A program made the translations under genes and the position numbers. From a virus (Duplodnaviria > Heunggongvirae > Uroviricota > Caudoviricetes), in the IMG/VR virus record IMGVR_UViG_2700989274_000003: 13,408 nt of DNA; one strand, written 5' to 3'. Positions 1-7,428 of the stretch are shown here, one piece after another (positions within the stretch are counted from its first letter, which is position 1; the number at the start of each line of letters is the position of its first letter). A model generated the notes under the pieces. That model was given only the letters and a program-made list of their open reading frames with translations. It ran no database searches and had not been told where the DNA came from.

Positions 1-1
1 A

Positions 2-1282
2 TTAATTTTTCATTGCTTCGTTATGGGGCATGGTTGGGGCAAACTCGCTTAACTGTGTATTTAACAAAGCTACCTGTGCATTATTGTTTTCAGACATCCA
101 TTTTCCGTATACCTGAAATACCATTTGCGCATCTGCATGGCCCATCTGGTTTGCTATAAATGCCGGGTTAGCACCAGCTGTCAGCGACCAGCAGGCATAA
201 GTATGTCTCGACTGATATGATTTTCGATGGCGGAGTCCGGCACGTTTTATCGCTGCGTCCCACATCTGCCTTATTGAGTCAACGGTAAAATGGTCACCAT
301 AATTTTTTACTCTCGCTGACACTTCAGGTTGAAAAACAAAGGTGCATTTATGTTTTTCTGTTCTGCCATACTCTCTGAGGTGAACATCAATGATATGCTC
401 TTTGCTCAGTCTCGTTAATGTCATCTGACTCCGGAGAGCGTCGATTGCTGGCTTAATAAGATGAATGACCCGATTGGTTCCCGCCTGTGTTTTTGGTACC
501 GTGAAACGGTCTTTTGCTAAATTTCTCCTGATCATCATTGTTCCATTTTTCAGATCTATGTCCTCCCATCCAAGTGCACACAGCTCACCAGGGCGAACGC
601 CAGTATAAACAGAAACACACCATAAATTTTTGGCTTGCTGATTTCTGCACGCATCGATAAGACGGATGAATTCCTCCCGCGAAAGAGGATCCGGAATGGT
701 TCTTGATTCCTTTAATGGCGAGATCCCCTTAAACGGGTTATCTGCCAGGTAACCGTTATCAACACCAAACTGGAACACGGCGTTAAGATTTGTCATGTAA
801 TTATTTACAGTTACAGCCGATCTCCCTGGTTGTGTAACAATATAGTTACTTTTGGGGATCTGGTATCCAGTCAGTAGCTCTTTACGAACCTCCAGTAATT
901 TTTCTTTATTAATCGATGAGGCAAGATTTTTTTCACCGATTATGCTCAGGATATTTTTGATGACGGCACGGTATGTGTTGAGTGATGTTTTTGCGACTTC
1001 AGTTTCTTTCAGTGCCAGAAATTTTTCAGCCAGTTCTTTTATGGTTAAATCTTGTCGGGTCTCACCAAATTTTTCCAGATTGCGTGAGGAGGGAAACTGT
1101 TTTGCATAGTCGAAAACACCAGTTTTTATTGCGTAACAAACAGAGGCGCGTAGCTCACCTGCAACGCGCCTGTTTTTTGCTGTGTCAGGAACCCCCAGGT
1201 TTTCCCTGACTCTTACGCCTTTATAAACAAACCAGATACGTAATTTCCCTCCATGGTTTTCCACGCCTGTCGGATATTTCAT
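2..1282 (-). CDS. int: Phage tyrosine integrase (site-specific recombinase)
   Basis: ORF 2..1297 on minus strand with TAA stop at 2-4. The C-terminal region carries tyrosine-recombinase-like motifs (SRHTYACW, MGHADAQMVFQVYGKW). Start is probably ATG 1282 (MKYPTGVE..., weak GAGA SD) rather than 1297, which has no SD. It sits at the prophage edge; the att site would lie left of the window. Confidence 0.88.
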   Translation of the reverse strand: MKYPTGVENHGGKLRIWFVYKGVRVRENLGVPDTAKNRRVAGELRASVCYAIKTGVFDYAKQFPSSRNLEKFGETRQDLTIKELAEKFLALKETEVAKTSLNTYRAVIKNILSIIGEKNLASSINKEKLLEVRKELLTGYQIPKSNYIVTQPGRSAVTVNNYMTNLNAVFQFGVDNGYLADNPFKGISPLKESRTIPDPLSREEFIRLIDACRNQQAKNLWCVSVYTGVRPGELCALGWEDIDLKNGTMMIRRNLAKDRFTVPKTQAGTNRVIHLIKPAIDALRSQMTLTRLSKEHIIDVHLREYGRTEKHKCTFVFQPEVSARVKNYGDHFTVDSIRQMWDAAIKRAGLRHRKSYQSRHTYACWSLTAGANPAFIANQMGHADAQMVFQVYGKWMSENNNAQVALLNTQLSEFAPTMPHNEAMKN

Positions 1283-1316
1283 TTCAATTTCTCTCATTAG
1301 TTAGTGTGGCTTTTAG

Positions 1317-1568
1317 TCAAGTAAGATGACGTCTTGGTCTTGCTGATGCCTGGCGCTCAATCCAGCGATCAATTTCTTCCAGGTTGTAAAAGCATGGACT
1401 GTTATCCCATGGCATACCGTCATGAGCGACATGCTTATATTCCCTTCCTTCCATAAACGATTTTTCCCGGGCCTTTTTTAACGTACCTTTTTTTATTCCT
1501 TTCAGCGCAATTAACTGCTCTTCGGATACCCATTTGCCGGGAGAGACAATCATGATTACTTCGCTCAT
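1317..1568 (-). CDS. xis: Putative excisionase / small DNA-binding protein directly upstream of int
   Basis: 83-aa ORF immediately upstream of and co-oriented with int, the classic xis position. Assignment is by position and size only. Confidence 0.5.
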   Translation of the reverse strand: MSEVIMIVSPGKWVSEEQLIALKGIKKGTLKKAREKSFMEGREYKHVAHDGMPWDNSPCFYNLEEIDRWIERQASARPRRHLT

Positions 1569-1640
1569 CGATTTCTTTATCTCTTACATCAGACGAGCGC
1601 CGGTTGCAGAATACCAGTCACAACCGGCGACAGTTGAACA

Positions 1641-4112
1641 TTAAGAATCAGCCTGACTCGGGATCAGTTTTTGCCAGATAACTGAAACGTATTTTGCCTG
1701 GTAACGGGCGTCATCAAGTGCATTATGGCGCTCACCTTCGAATGGAATAGCCGTTCTGGCATCGAAGTCTATGGCTTTCCCCAGCTCAACGATTGTGCGT
1801 ACATCGCGATCGTTGTAGTAACGCCACGGGCAGGGGATCCCCTGCCGTTCGTATGAACGGCGCAAAATCGTGTTGTCGAAGTTGGCTCCATTTCCCCAGA
1901 CCTGAACAAAAAATTCACCGGAGTTTTCGTCGATAAATTCCCACAATTGTAACAGTGCATCATCTAACGGGATTTCATCGGTCATAATGGCAGATTGCGC
2001 TTCGCGTGATTGCTTAAGCCACCATTTAATGGTGTCCCGATCAATGACTCCGCCAGCAGTTTCCAGATCGATAGTCTTACTAAATTCCGGTCCCATATCT
2101 CCGGTTTGCGGATCGAAAAATATTGCACCTATTGAGATGATCGGGGCATCAGGATTTTTTCCCATGGTTTCAAGGTCGATCATTAGATGGTCACACGTCC
2201 TGCTGGTGGATGTGATTTCTTGATGACCGTTCACCTTAATTGAGTGATCTGCCGTCTCGCCAGTTTCATTATCGCTATCGTGATGCTGATTGCCGCCAGT
2301 GTTCTCCTTGTGTGGATGTTCAGCGCCTTCCATTTCCTCCGGATCATCTTCCTGAACTTCAATCTGATACTCTTCATCGAATGTTTCCTGGTATGTTGCG
2401 TCGCCCATTACCGCGCCACAATCAGGGCAGTTGCCGCCGCCGGTCTGACCGCAGGCGGTGCAGACTTTTTCCACTTCCTGTTGCGCCACTGATTCAGGCT
2501 GTTTCGTTTCTGGCTCGTTTTGTAACGCATTTGGGCTGTTTTGTTCCGCTTTTTGGTAGTTCCGTTCCGATTCATGCTGGTTCTGGTTCACAGAATCGCG
2601 GGTCTGGATCCCCTTAACCCATTTCGGATCATTCGGGTCACTAATCCCTTCAACAAATTCACCACGTGATGCAGCAAGCAACTTATCGGCGTCAGGCTGG
2701 ATGATATTGGCTGCCTGCATAATTTTGTTTACTTCGTCAGCGGTAACTTTTATCGGCTCTGGTTGTTCTGAATCTTCAGCGGTATCTACATTTTGCGGTA
2801 AGCCCGTGTATGTGCCATTTTTTCGGGCAAAATATTCTTCTTTTGTGATTTCAGTGGCGCCAGCAGCCAGTGCCTTATCCAGACCAGAAAGTTTGTTTGC
2901 GCGACCGTATTTTTCTCCGTCCTTATCTGCGAAGAGGAAATAGAACGGCCCCTCACGCTCTACAGATGGTTCAGCTTCCGGCGCGGTTTCATTTTTTGGG
3001 ATATCAGATACCTCAGTTTCCACTGCATCAGTTTGTGTTTCTGATGACTGGAGAACATCAACAGTGCCCAGGTCTGTTTCTTCATTCTCAAACACGCCCT
3101 TTGTCGTCAGGTATTCGCAGATATATTTGTTCAGTGCTACGGGATCTTTGTGAATGTCGATCGGACGCTCACGGACAAGGCCAAAAATAGTTTGGCGGTC
3201 GTAGCGAAGGGCATCAGGCTGTTTGCGCATTGATGCCGAGATACGCTTCCAGTCTTCGCGGTCGTTGTCGATAACTTCATTTTTTGCCCAGCGATGGATG
3301 CTGCCGTCAATGTTTCCGGCATCCACATCACCAGGCCAGAGAGCGTAGGCCAGTTCGTCATCCAGTGTTTTCCATGTCTGCTTGTATTCGCGATGAATGG
3401 CAGCAATGACCGGGCTGATTTTTCCTGTTGAATTTTCAGTGTACTGTTGATTGGCTCTGGCGCGGGCGAGATCAACAACAGACGTGTATTTTCCGGTTTC
3501 CTTGCGTTCACCTTCGCGACGTTTTTTCCAGATGCGCATCTCTGCCTGAATTTCGGGCCATTTAGCACCAGGAATACATTTATGCTTAACCCACCCAATG
3601 GCGTGCAACTTAAGCTCCGGATACATGGCGTTAACTTCTGGCATTTTCATCAACGCTTCAACGATATGTCCGTCGAATGTTGCCATGTCTTCCTGCAACA
3701 ATTCCTGTGCGCTAATAACCATATCAACGGTGATGTTTTCACATGTGTCGAACTTAACCATGACAGCGTTCTGTACTTCAGGGGCCAGCTTGTCAAAAGT
3801 GACGTTCATCGGATCGGATTCAGTCTCAACCGGGACAAAAGAAGCAGACTCCTCATCCCAGCGGTTTTCCTGCATATATTCAGCATCCCATGAATCGAGG
3901 GCAGGGCGGGGTATGCCAGGTTTATCCTCGCAGACAATAAATTTATAAGCGCAGTCCTGAGCAGCCGGATAATGTTCCAGGAATTGCCAGTGAAATTTTG
4001 CTCGAGCACGGCGTTCGTCGCCAGCTTCAATGGCTGTGGCTACAGCCACAGCGCCTTCTTCCCTTGTTGCCAGTTCGTCAGGAATAGCGGCGCAAATAAA
4101 GACTTTACTCAT
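1641..4112 (-). CDS. Large phage exonuclease (often annotated exodeoxyribonuclease VIII-like) with C-terminal DEDDh 3'-5' exonuclease domain and internal zinc ribbon
   Basis: ORF 1641..4148; likely start is ATG 4112 (MSKVF..., GAGGT SD about 9 nt upstream). C-terminal about 200 aa carry DEDDh motifs: IDLETMG, VWGNGANFDNTIL, HNALDDARYQA. CTACGQTGGGNCPDCG (coding about 2411-2465) looks like a CxxC...CxxC zinc ribbon. Acidic low-complexity linkers. Confidence 0.8.
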   Translation of the reverse strand: MSKVFICAAIPDELATREEGAVAVATAIEAGDERRARAKFHWQFLEHYPAAQDCAYKFIVCEDKPGIPRPALDSWDAEYMQENRWDEESASFVPVETESDPMNVTFDKLAPEVQNAVMVKFDTCENITVDMVISAQELLQEDMATFDGHIVEALMKMPEVNAMYPELKLHAIGWVKHKCIPGAKWPEIQAEMRIWKKRREGERKETGKYTSVVDLARARANQQYTENSTGKISPVIAAIHREYKQTWKTLDDELAYALWPGDVDAGNIDGSIHRWAKNEVIDNDREDWKRISASMRKQPDALRYDRQTIFGLVRERPIDIHKDPVALNKYICEYLTTKGVFENEETDLGTVDVLQSSETQTDAVETEVSDIPKNETAPEAEPSVEREGPFYFLFADKDGEKYGRANKLSGLDKALAAGATEITKEEYFARKNGTYTGLPQNVDTAEDSEQPEPIKVTADEVNKIMQAANIIQPDADKLLAASRGEFVEGISDPNDPKWVKGIQTRDSVNQNQHESERNYQKAEQNSPNALQNEPETKQPESVAQQEVEKVCTACGQTGGGNCPDCGAVMGDATYQETFDEEYQIEVQEDDPEEMEGAEHPHKENTGGNQHHDSDNETGETADHSIKVNGHQEITSTSRTCDHLMIDLETMGKNPDAPIISIGAIFFDPQTGDMGPEFSKTIDLETAGGVIDRDTIKWWLKQSREAQSAIMTDEIPLDDALLQLWEFIDENSGEFFVQVWGNGANFDNTILRRSYERQGIPCPWRYYNDRDVRTIVELGKAIDFDARTAIPFEGERHNALDDARYQAKYVSVIWQKLIPSQADS

Positions 4113-4204
4113 TTGTTTTAACCTCATGACAGATTTAAGGATGAACAAATCCCTGCCATTGCTGGCATATAAGAATGAAACCGGATATTTATTACGGAAC
4201 TGTT

Positions 4205-4396
4205 TTAAAGACCTGCCGGGATTTCGATATTATCCTGGTGAATAACTTTATCGACCGGGTAACAGTTACCGGGAATTTTCTGTTCGGTTGCTGCAGTCAT
4301 ACACTCCTGCATTGTCCTGTGAACACTGACTGCAATATCAACTGGCTCTCCGGAAACAAGAAAAACTGTCAGAACAAGCACAAATGCTGAATTCAT
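4205..4396 (-). CDS. Small protein with N-terminal signal-peptide-like hydrophobic segment (hypothetical)
   Basis: ATG 4396 overlaps the stop of the upstream gene as ATGA (translational coupling). Product MNSAFVLVLTVFLVSGEP... is 63 aa with two Cys. The longer ORF 4205..4450 has no better start. Confidence 0.5.
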   Translation of the reverse strand: MNSAFVLVLTVFLVSGEPVDIAVSVHRTMQECMTAATEQKIPGNCYPVDKVIHQDNIEIPAGL

Positions 4397-4581
4397 TGTG
4401 CACATCCTTTTGGCATCAGACGTAAACGAGCCAGCATTGAAACAATGCATATTTTATTTAATAGCTCCCGTTCTTGTTTTCTCTTGTTAATGGCATCTTC
4501 AGTAAATACTGGGTTACTGATAGTGACACCAATTTCAAAACAACCTTCAGACGTATTAACGTTTGGTAATAACGTTTTCAT
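4393..4581 (-). CDS. Hypothetical small protein (62 aa), early-left operon
   Basis: Start ATG 4581 (MKTLLPNV...) is preceded by GAGGA SD at about 7 nt. Stop TGA overlaps the next gene's ATG. The upstream part of ORF 4393..4686 lacks an RBS. Confidence 0.5.
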   Translation of the reverse strand: MKTLLPNVNTSEGCFEIGVTISNPVFTEDAINKRKQERELLNKICIVSMLARLRLMPKGCAQ

Positions 4582-4750
4582 TATCGCGTCCTCAACAATG
4601 AATTTTGTGATGCAGTGCCTGGTGCCTCCAGGTGACGTTAACCAGTTAACAATTAACGCCGGATACAGAGAATCCACCCATAACACTGTTTTTGGTTTTA
4701 ACTGTTCCGCGTGCGCTCAGCCGCATTCACCACATCACAAAATTCACTTT

Positions 4751-4793
4751 AAAAAGGGCGGCAGAGCAGTCACGGAGTAAAACTGATACCGCC
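4751..4793 (-). terminator. Possible intrinsic terminator on minus strand (GC stem GGCGG/CCGCC, long loop, U5 tail)
   Basis: Minus strand reads GGCGG-(26 nt)-GCCGCCC-TTTTT. The loop is unusually long, so this is weak. Confidence 0.2.
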
Positions 4794-5148
4794 AAACGTC
4801 ACCAGAAAATTGATAACAGAGGGCGTTGCAGCGGGGTTGTCACTTAAGCGTATGGTCAACCTGACAACCCGGTGTCCTCAACGGGGAAGAAATAACCCCG
4901 CCATACTTACCGCCGCACCATTTCGCGGGTTGCCACAACCGGAAGCGCACGGTCGACGAAAATTTAACGACAGGCTATCTATGAACCAGCTACCTCGCCG
5001 TGCGCTTTCGCGTTATGGTCTGACTTTTCAGGGAAATATCCTTTCAGTAAACTGTCAGTGCCGGATGCTCACCCGTGTCCGGCGCACGCACTCCACCTCA
5101 CCCGTGGAGAACTCCTTAATTACCAACCTTAGCTTCGTTGGTTAGCTA

Positions 5149-5367
5149 TTAACGCGGGTATGTAATCATTCTGGCAATGCTTAATGCCGCTGCTTTTTCC
5201 AGATTGGTGATATCCTGCTCCAGAGCGGACAGATTTTCAGCCTGCTTAGCCCTGGCTTCATTGGCCCATTTCAGATCCTGCGCTGCATTAATTTTCTGGC
5301 GCATCCACTCATAAAGTTCATCATCGGTATAGTCTGGCGCGATGATGACGGGTTCTCGTTTCTGCAT
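5149..5367 (-). CDS. Hypothetical protein (72 aa, predicted coiled coil)
   Basis: ORF with GAGGAA SD about 5 nt upstream of ATG 5367. Last gene of a tightly packed three-gene leftward operon. Confidence 0.55.
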   Translation of the reverse strand: MQKREPVIIAPDYTDDELYEWMRQKINAAQDLKWANEARAKQAENLSALEQDITNLEKAAALSIARMITYPR

Positions 5368-5396
5368 ACTGATTCCTCGCGGTGCTGTTTCGCTTA

Positions 5397-5525
5397 TCAG
5401 CCGTTAGATTTTGCCGAACTGGAAAGCGCCTGTTTAAATTCGTTGAAGCTGTGAGCTTCTTCGCCTTCGGCAAGGCCTTCGAAGTATTCTTCGTAAGCCT
5501 TTTCCATGATTGTGTCAAAATCCAT
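5397..5525 (-). CDS. Small acidic protein (42 aa; MDFDTIMEKAYEEYFEGLAEGEEAHSFNEFKQALSSSAKSNG), not in supplied ORF track
   Basis: Hand-translated from the minus strand. ATG at 5525-5523 is preceded by AGGTGA SD and lies 1 nt after the upstream gene's TGA (TGAtATG). Stop TGA at 5399-5397. Fills the gap between the 78-aa and 72-aa genes. Confidence 0.45.
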   Translation of the reverse strand: MDFDTIMEKAYEEYFEGLAEGEEAHSFNEFKQALSSSAKSNG

Positions 5526-5526
5526 A

Positions 5527-5763
5527 TCACTCACCTGAGTTTCTTTCCAGCCAGCGACGGGCACCATTTTCGGTTTTAAACGTTTTGCTTTTGGTATACG
5601 TCATTGCGGTGAAGGTGCCGTCCTGGTTTGGAAACACGCCGTACACCAGAGATTCGTTGTTGCCAAGATCGATAGTATCCATGCTGACCTCATTTCCCCT
5701 TAACGCCGGGGTAGCGGAACAAAAACCTGCTGCATAGTTATTAAAGTTGAACCCTGCCGTCAT
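5527..5763 (-). CDS. Hypothetical protein, first gene of leftward early operon (78 aa; alternative start ATG 5682 gives 51 aa)
   Basis: ORF 5527..5763. GAGG SD is 9 nt upstream of ATG 5763; the internal ATG 5682 also has a GAGG SD at 5 nt. No recognisable N-like arginine-rich motif. Confidence 0.5.
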   Translation of the reverse strand: MTAGFNFNNYAAGFCSATPALRGNEVSMDTIDLGNNESLVYGVFPNQDGTFTAMTYTKSKTFKTENGARRWLERNSGE

Positions 5764-5861
5764 GTTCTTACGCCTCGGGCTGGCTACTTAACCCCTGACC
5801 ACTGCCTGGTAACTCGAAGTATTGCCCTGCATTCTGTAGGATGGGGTGAGGGAATGAATGA

Positions 5862-5890
5862 AGTTTAGAAAGACGAACTTTCCAGGTCAA
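5862..5890 (-). promoter_or_regulatory. Candidate leftward early promoter (PL-like): -35 TTGACC, 17-bp spacer, -10 TAAACT
   Basis: On the minus strand: TTGACC (plus 5885-5890), 17 bp, TAAACT (plus 5862-5867). Lies between the cI stop (5975) and the first leftward gene. A GTTTTGAT operator-like motif (5901-5908) is adjacent. Confidence 0.3.
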
Positions 5891-5974
5891 TGTTTTTTTA
5901 TCAAAACATTTTAAGCAGGCAGCTGTTAAGCCATCACCACGATGGCATACAGTTAATCAAATAGATGAGGTTGG

Positions 5975-6613
5975 TTAAATATCTTGTTGAATTTTAAAGC
6001 ATACGCCCAATATGCAAGATAGATCATCCAGCATAATTGAAGGGTAGCGAGGATTCGTGGGGACTAAAAGAATATCCGGCCCTTCTATCTCCAGTTTACG
6101 AATGACAGGTGTTGTGGTCCCTTTGGGTAAGGCAAGGACAATATTTCCTGGTTGTACGGTTCGATCGGGATCAACAAAAACTGTTGAACCATTTGGGATG
6201 GAAACTCCCCCACCAGATGTTGACATACTGTCACTCTCTAGAACAACTGCAAAGGTATTGACCGGGATTTCTCCGACAAGCTGCACACAAGAGGTTATTG
6301 AGGAATTTTTCATATAATCACTCCAGCTTGCTGCCTGCTGAAGTGATAGTAGCGGAACCGTTTTTATCGGCGGTAAAGATAGATCAAGCGAATCACCTGT
6401 ATTTAACTCTCCTCCATTAAGAAGCCAATTTTCGTTTACTTTCAATATTTTTGCCAGTGAACTTATGTAACGCGAGGACGGCGCTCCTCCACCGTTCATC
6501 CATTGACTTACGGAGCCTTTTGATGCGCCAGTGCCATTGACAAGGTCTTTGCCTTTCAGGTTTAGCGCATGCATACGTTGGGTTATGCGTTCAGATATAG
6601 TTTGCTTGCTCAT
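5975..6613 (-). CDS. cI: cI-like prophage repressor (N-terminal HTH, C-terminal S24 LexA-like autopeptidase domain)
   Basis: 212-aa ORF. N-terminus has an HTH-like segment (GASKGSVSQWMNGG). C-terminus has S24 signatures: Ser in VVLESDSMS and Lys in PVIRKL. Divergent from the cro-like gene. No SD upstream; -10 TAAAAT (plus 6620-6625) sits 7 nt from the ATG, suggesting a leaderless PRM-type transcript. Confidence 0.88.
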   Translation of the reverse strand: MSKQTISERITQRMHALNLKGKDLVNGTGASKGSVSQWMNGGGAPSSRYISSLAKILKVNENWLLNGGELNTGDSLDLSLPPIKTVPLLSLQQAASWSDYMKNSSITSCVQLVGEIPVNTFAVVLESDSMSTSGGGVSIPNGSTVFVDPDRTVQPGNIVLALPKGTTTPVIRKLEIEGPDILLVPTNPRYPSIMLDDLSCILGVCFKIQQDI

Positions 6614-6704
6614 GTTTTGATTTTAAAACACAGATGGTTTTGTTTCTTGACTTTCTTTGGTTTTGATTATTAAACTTTTGACGTTCAGTTTTATGGAGCG
6701 ACTC
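6614..6704. promoter_or_regulatory. Immunity-region divergent promoter/operator segment (OR-like) between cI and cro-like genes
   Basis: 91-bp intergenic region. Repeated GTTTTGATT-type motifs at 6614-6622 and 6659-6669, and TTTTGA at 6676-6681. Candidate PR -35 TTGACT at 6647-6652. Candidate PRM -10 TAAAAT on the minus strand at 6620-6625. Confidence 0.45.
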
Positions 6705-6935
6705 ATGAAAAAATCAGAAGTATTAGGCTATTTTGGCGGAGTTGTTAAAACAGCCGCAGCTCTAGGAACGTCAAAAACCACAGTCAGCATGTGGGGGGAA
6801 GAGGTTCCGTGGAAATGGGCGTTGCTAATTCAGGCAGTCACTGCCGGGGCGCTCAAATATGAGTTACACATACCGACGGTTGTCATTCCCGGTTCTGATC
6901 ATAATCCGCCTTCTAACCAAGGGGGGGATTCATGA
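6705..6935 (+). CDS. Cro/YdaS-like HTH regulator
   Basis: ATG 6705 with GGAG SD 6 nt upstream. HTH-like GGVVKTAAALGTSKTTVSMWGE resembles the Cro/YdaS family. Divergent from cI. Stop overlaps the next gene's ATG as ATGA. Confidence 0.78.
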   Translation: MKKSEVLGYFGGVVKTAAALGTSKTTVSMWGEEVPWKWALLIQAVTAGALKYELHIPTVVIPGSDHNPPSNQGGDS

Positions 6936-7357
6936 AAATCAAGCATGAACACATCCGCATGGCGATGAATGCCTGGGCGCATCCGGACGGCGAAAAAGTA
7001 CCGGCTGCGAAAATTACCAAAGCGTATTTCGAGCTGGGAATGACGTTCCCGGAACTGTATGACGACAGCCATCCGGAAGCCCTGGCTCGCAATACCCAGA
7101 AAATTTTCCGCTGGGTAGAGAAAGACACCCCTGATGCAGTTGAAAAAATTCAGGCGTTGTTACCAGCGATCGAAAAGGCAATGCCACCTTTGCTGGTGGC
7201 CAGAATGCGCAGCCACAGTTCAGCTTATTTTCGGGAGCTGGTGGAGACGCGGGAGCGACTGGTGAGAGACGCTGATGATTTTGTCGCAGTGGCAATCGCC
7301 GGTTTCAATCAGATGAACCGTGGTGGCCCGGCAGGAAATGCTGTGGCAGTACATTGA
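6932..7357 (+). CDS. YdaT-like (CII-analogue) regulatory protein
   Basis: 141-aa ORF translationally coupled to the cro-like gene, in the position of cII/ydaT. The N-terminus MKIKHEHI... is recalled from the Rac YdaT family, from memory only. Confidence 0.6.
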   Translation: MKIKHEHIRMAMNAWAHPDGEKVPAAKITKAYFELGMTFPELYDDSHPEALARNTQKIFRWVEKDTPDAVEKIQALLPAIEKAMPPLLVARMRSHSSAYFRELVETRERLVRDADDFVAVAIAGFNQMNRGGPAGNAVAVH

Positions 7358-7428
7358 CTGACAATAGCCATATCGAATCGCTTCCGGCAACTCGTGAGTA
7401 AAAAGATTCGGTATCAGAAGAGGTGAGT

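Noticed and set aside
1987-4030. Several plus- and minus-strand ORFs (for example 2240..2617, 3137..3598, 3447..3893) inside the exonuclease gene
   Set aside because: They lie antisense or out of frame within a long well-supported CDS and have Cys/Arg/Ser-rich compositions typical of shadow ORFs.
4810-5145. 111-aa plus-strand ORF in the left-operon noncoding stretch
   Set aside because: TTG start, no Shine-Dalgarno, Arg-rich low-complexity product, and opposite orientation to the operon. Judged a chance ORF.
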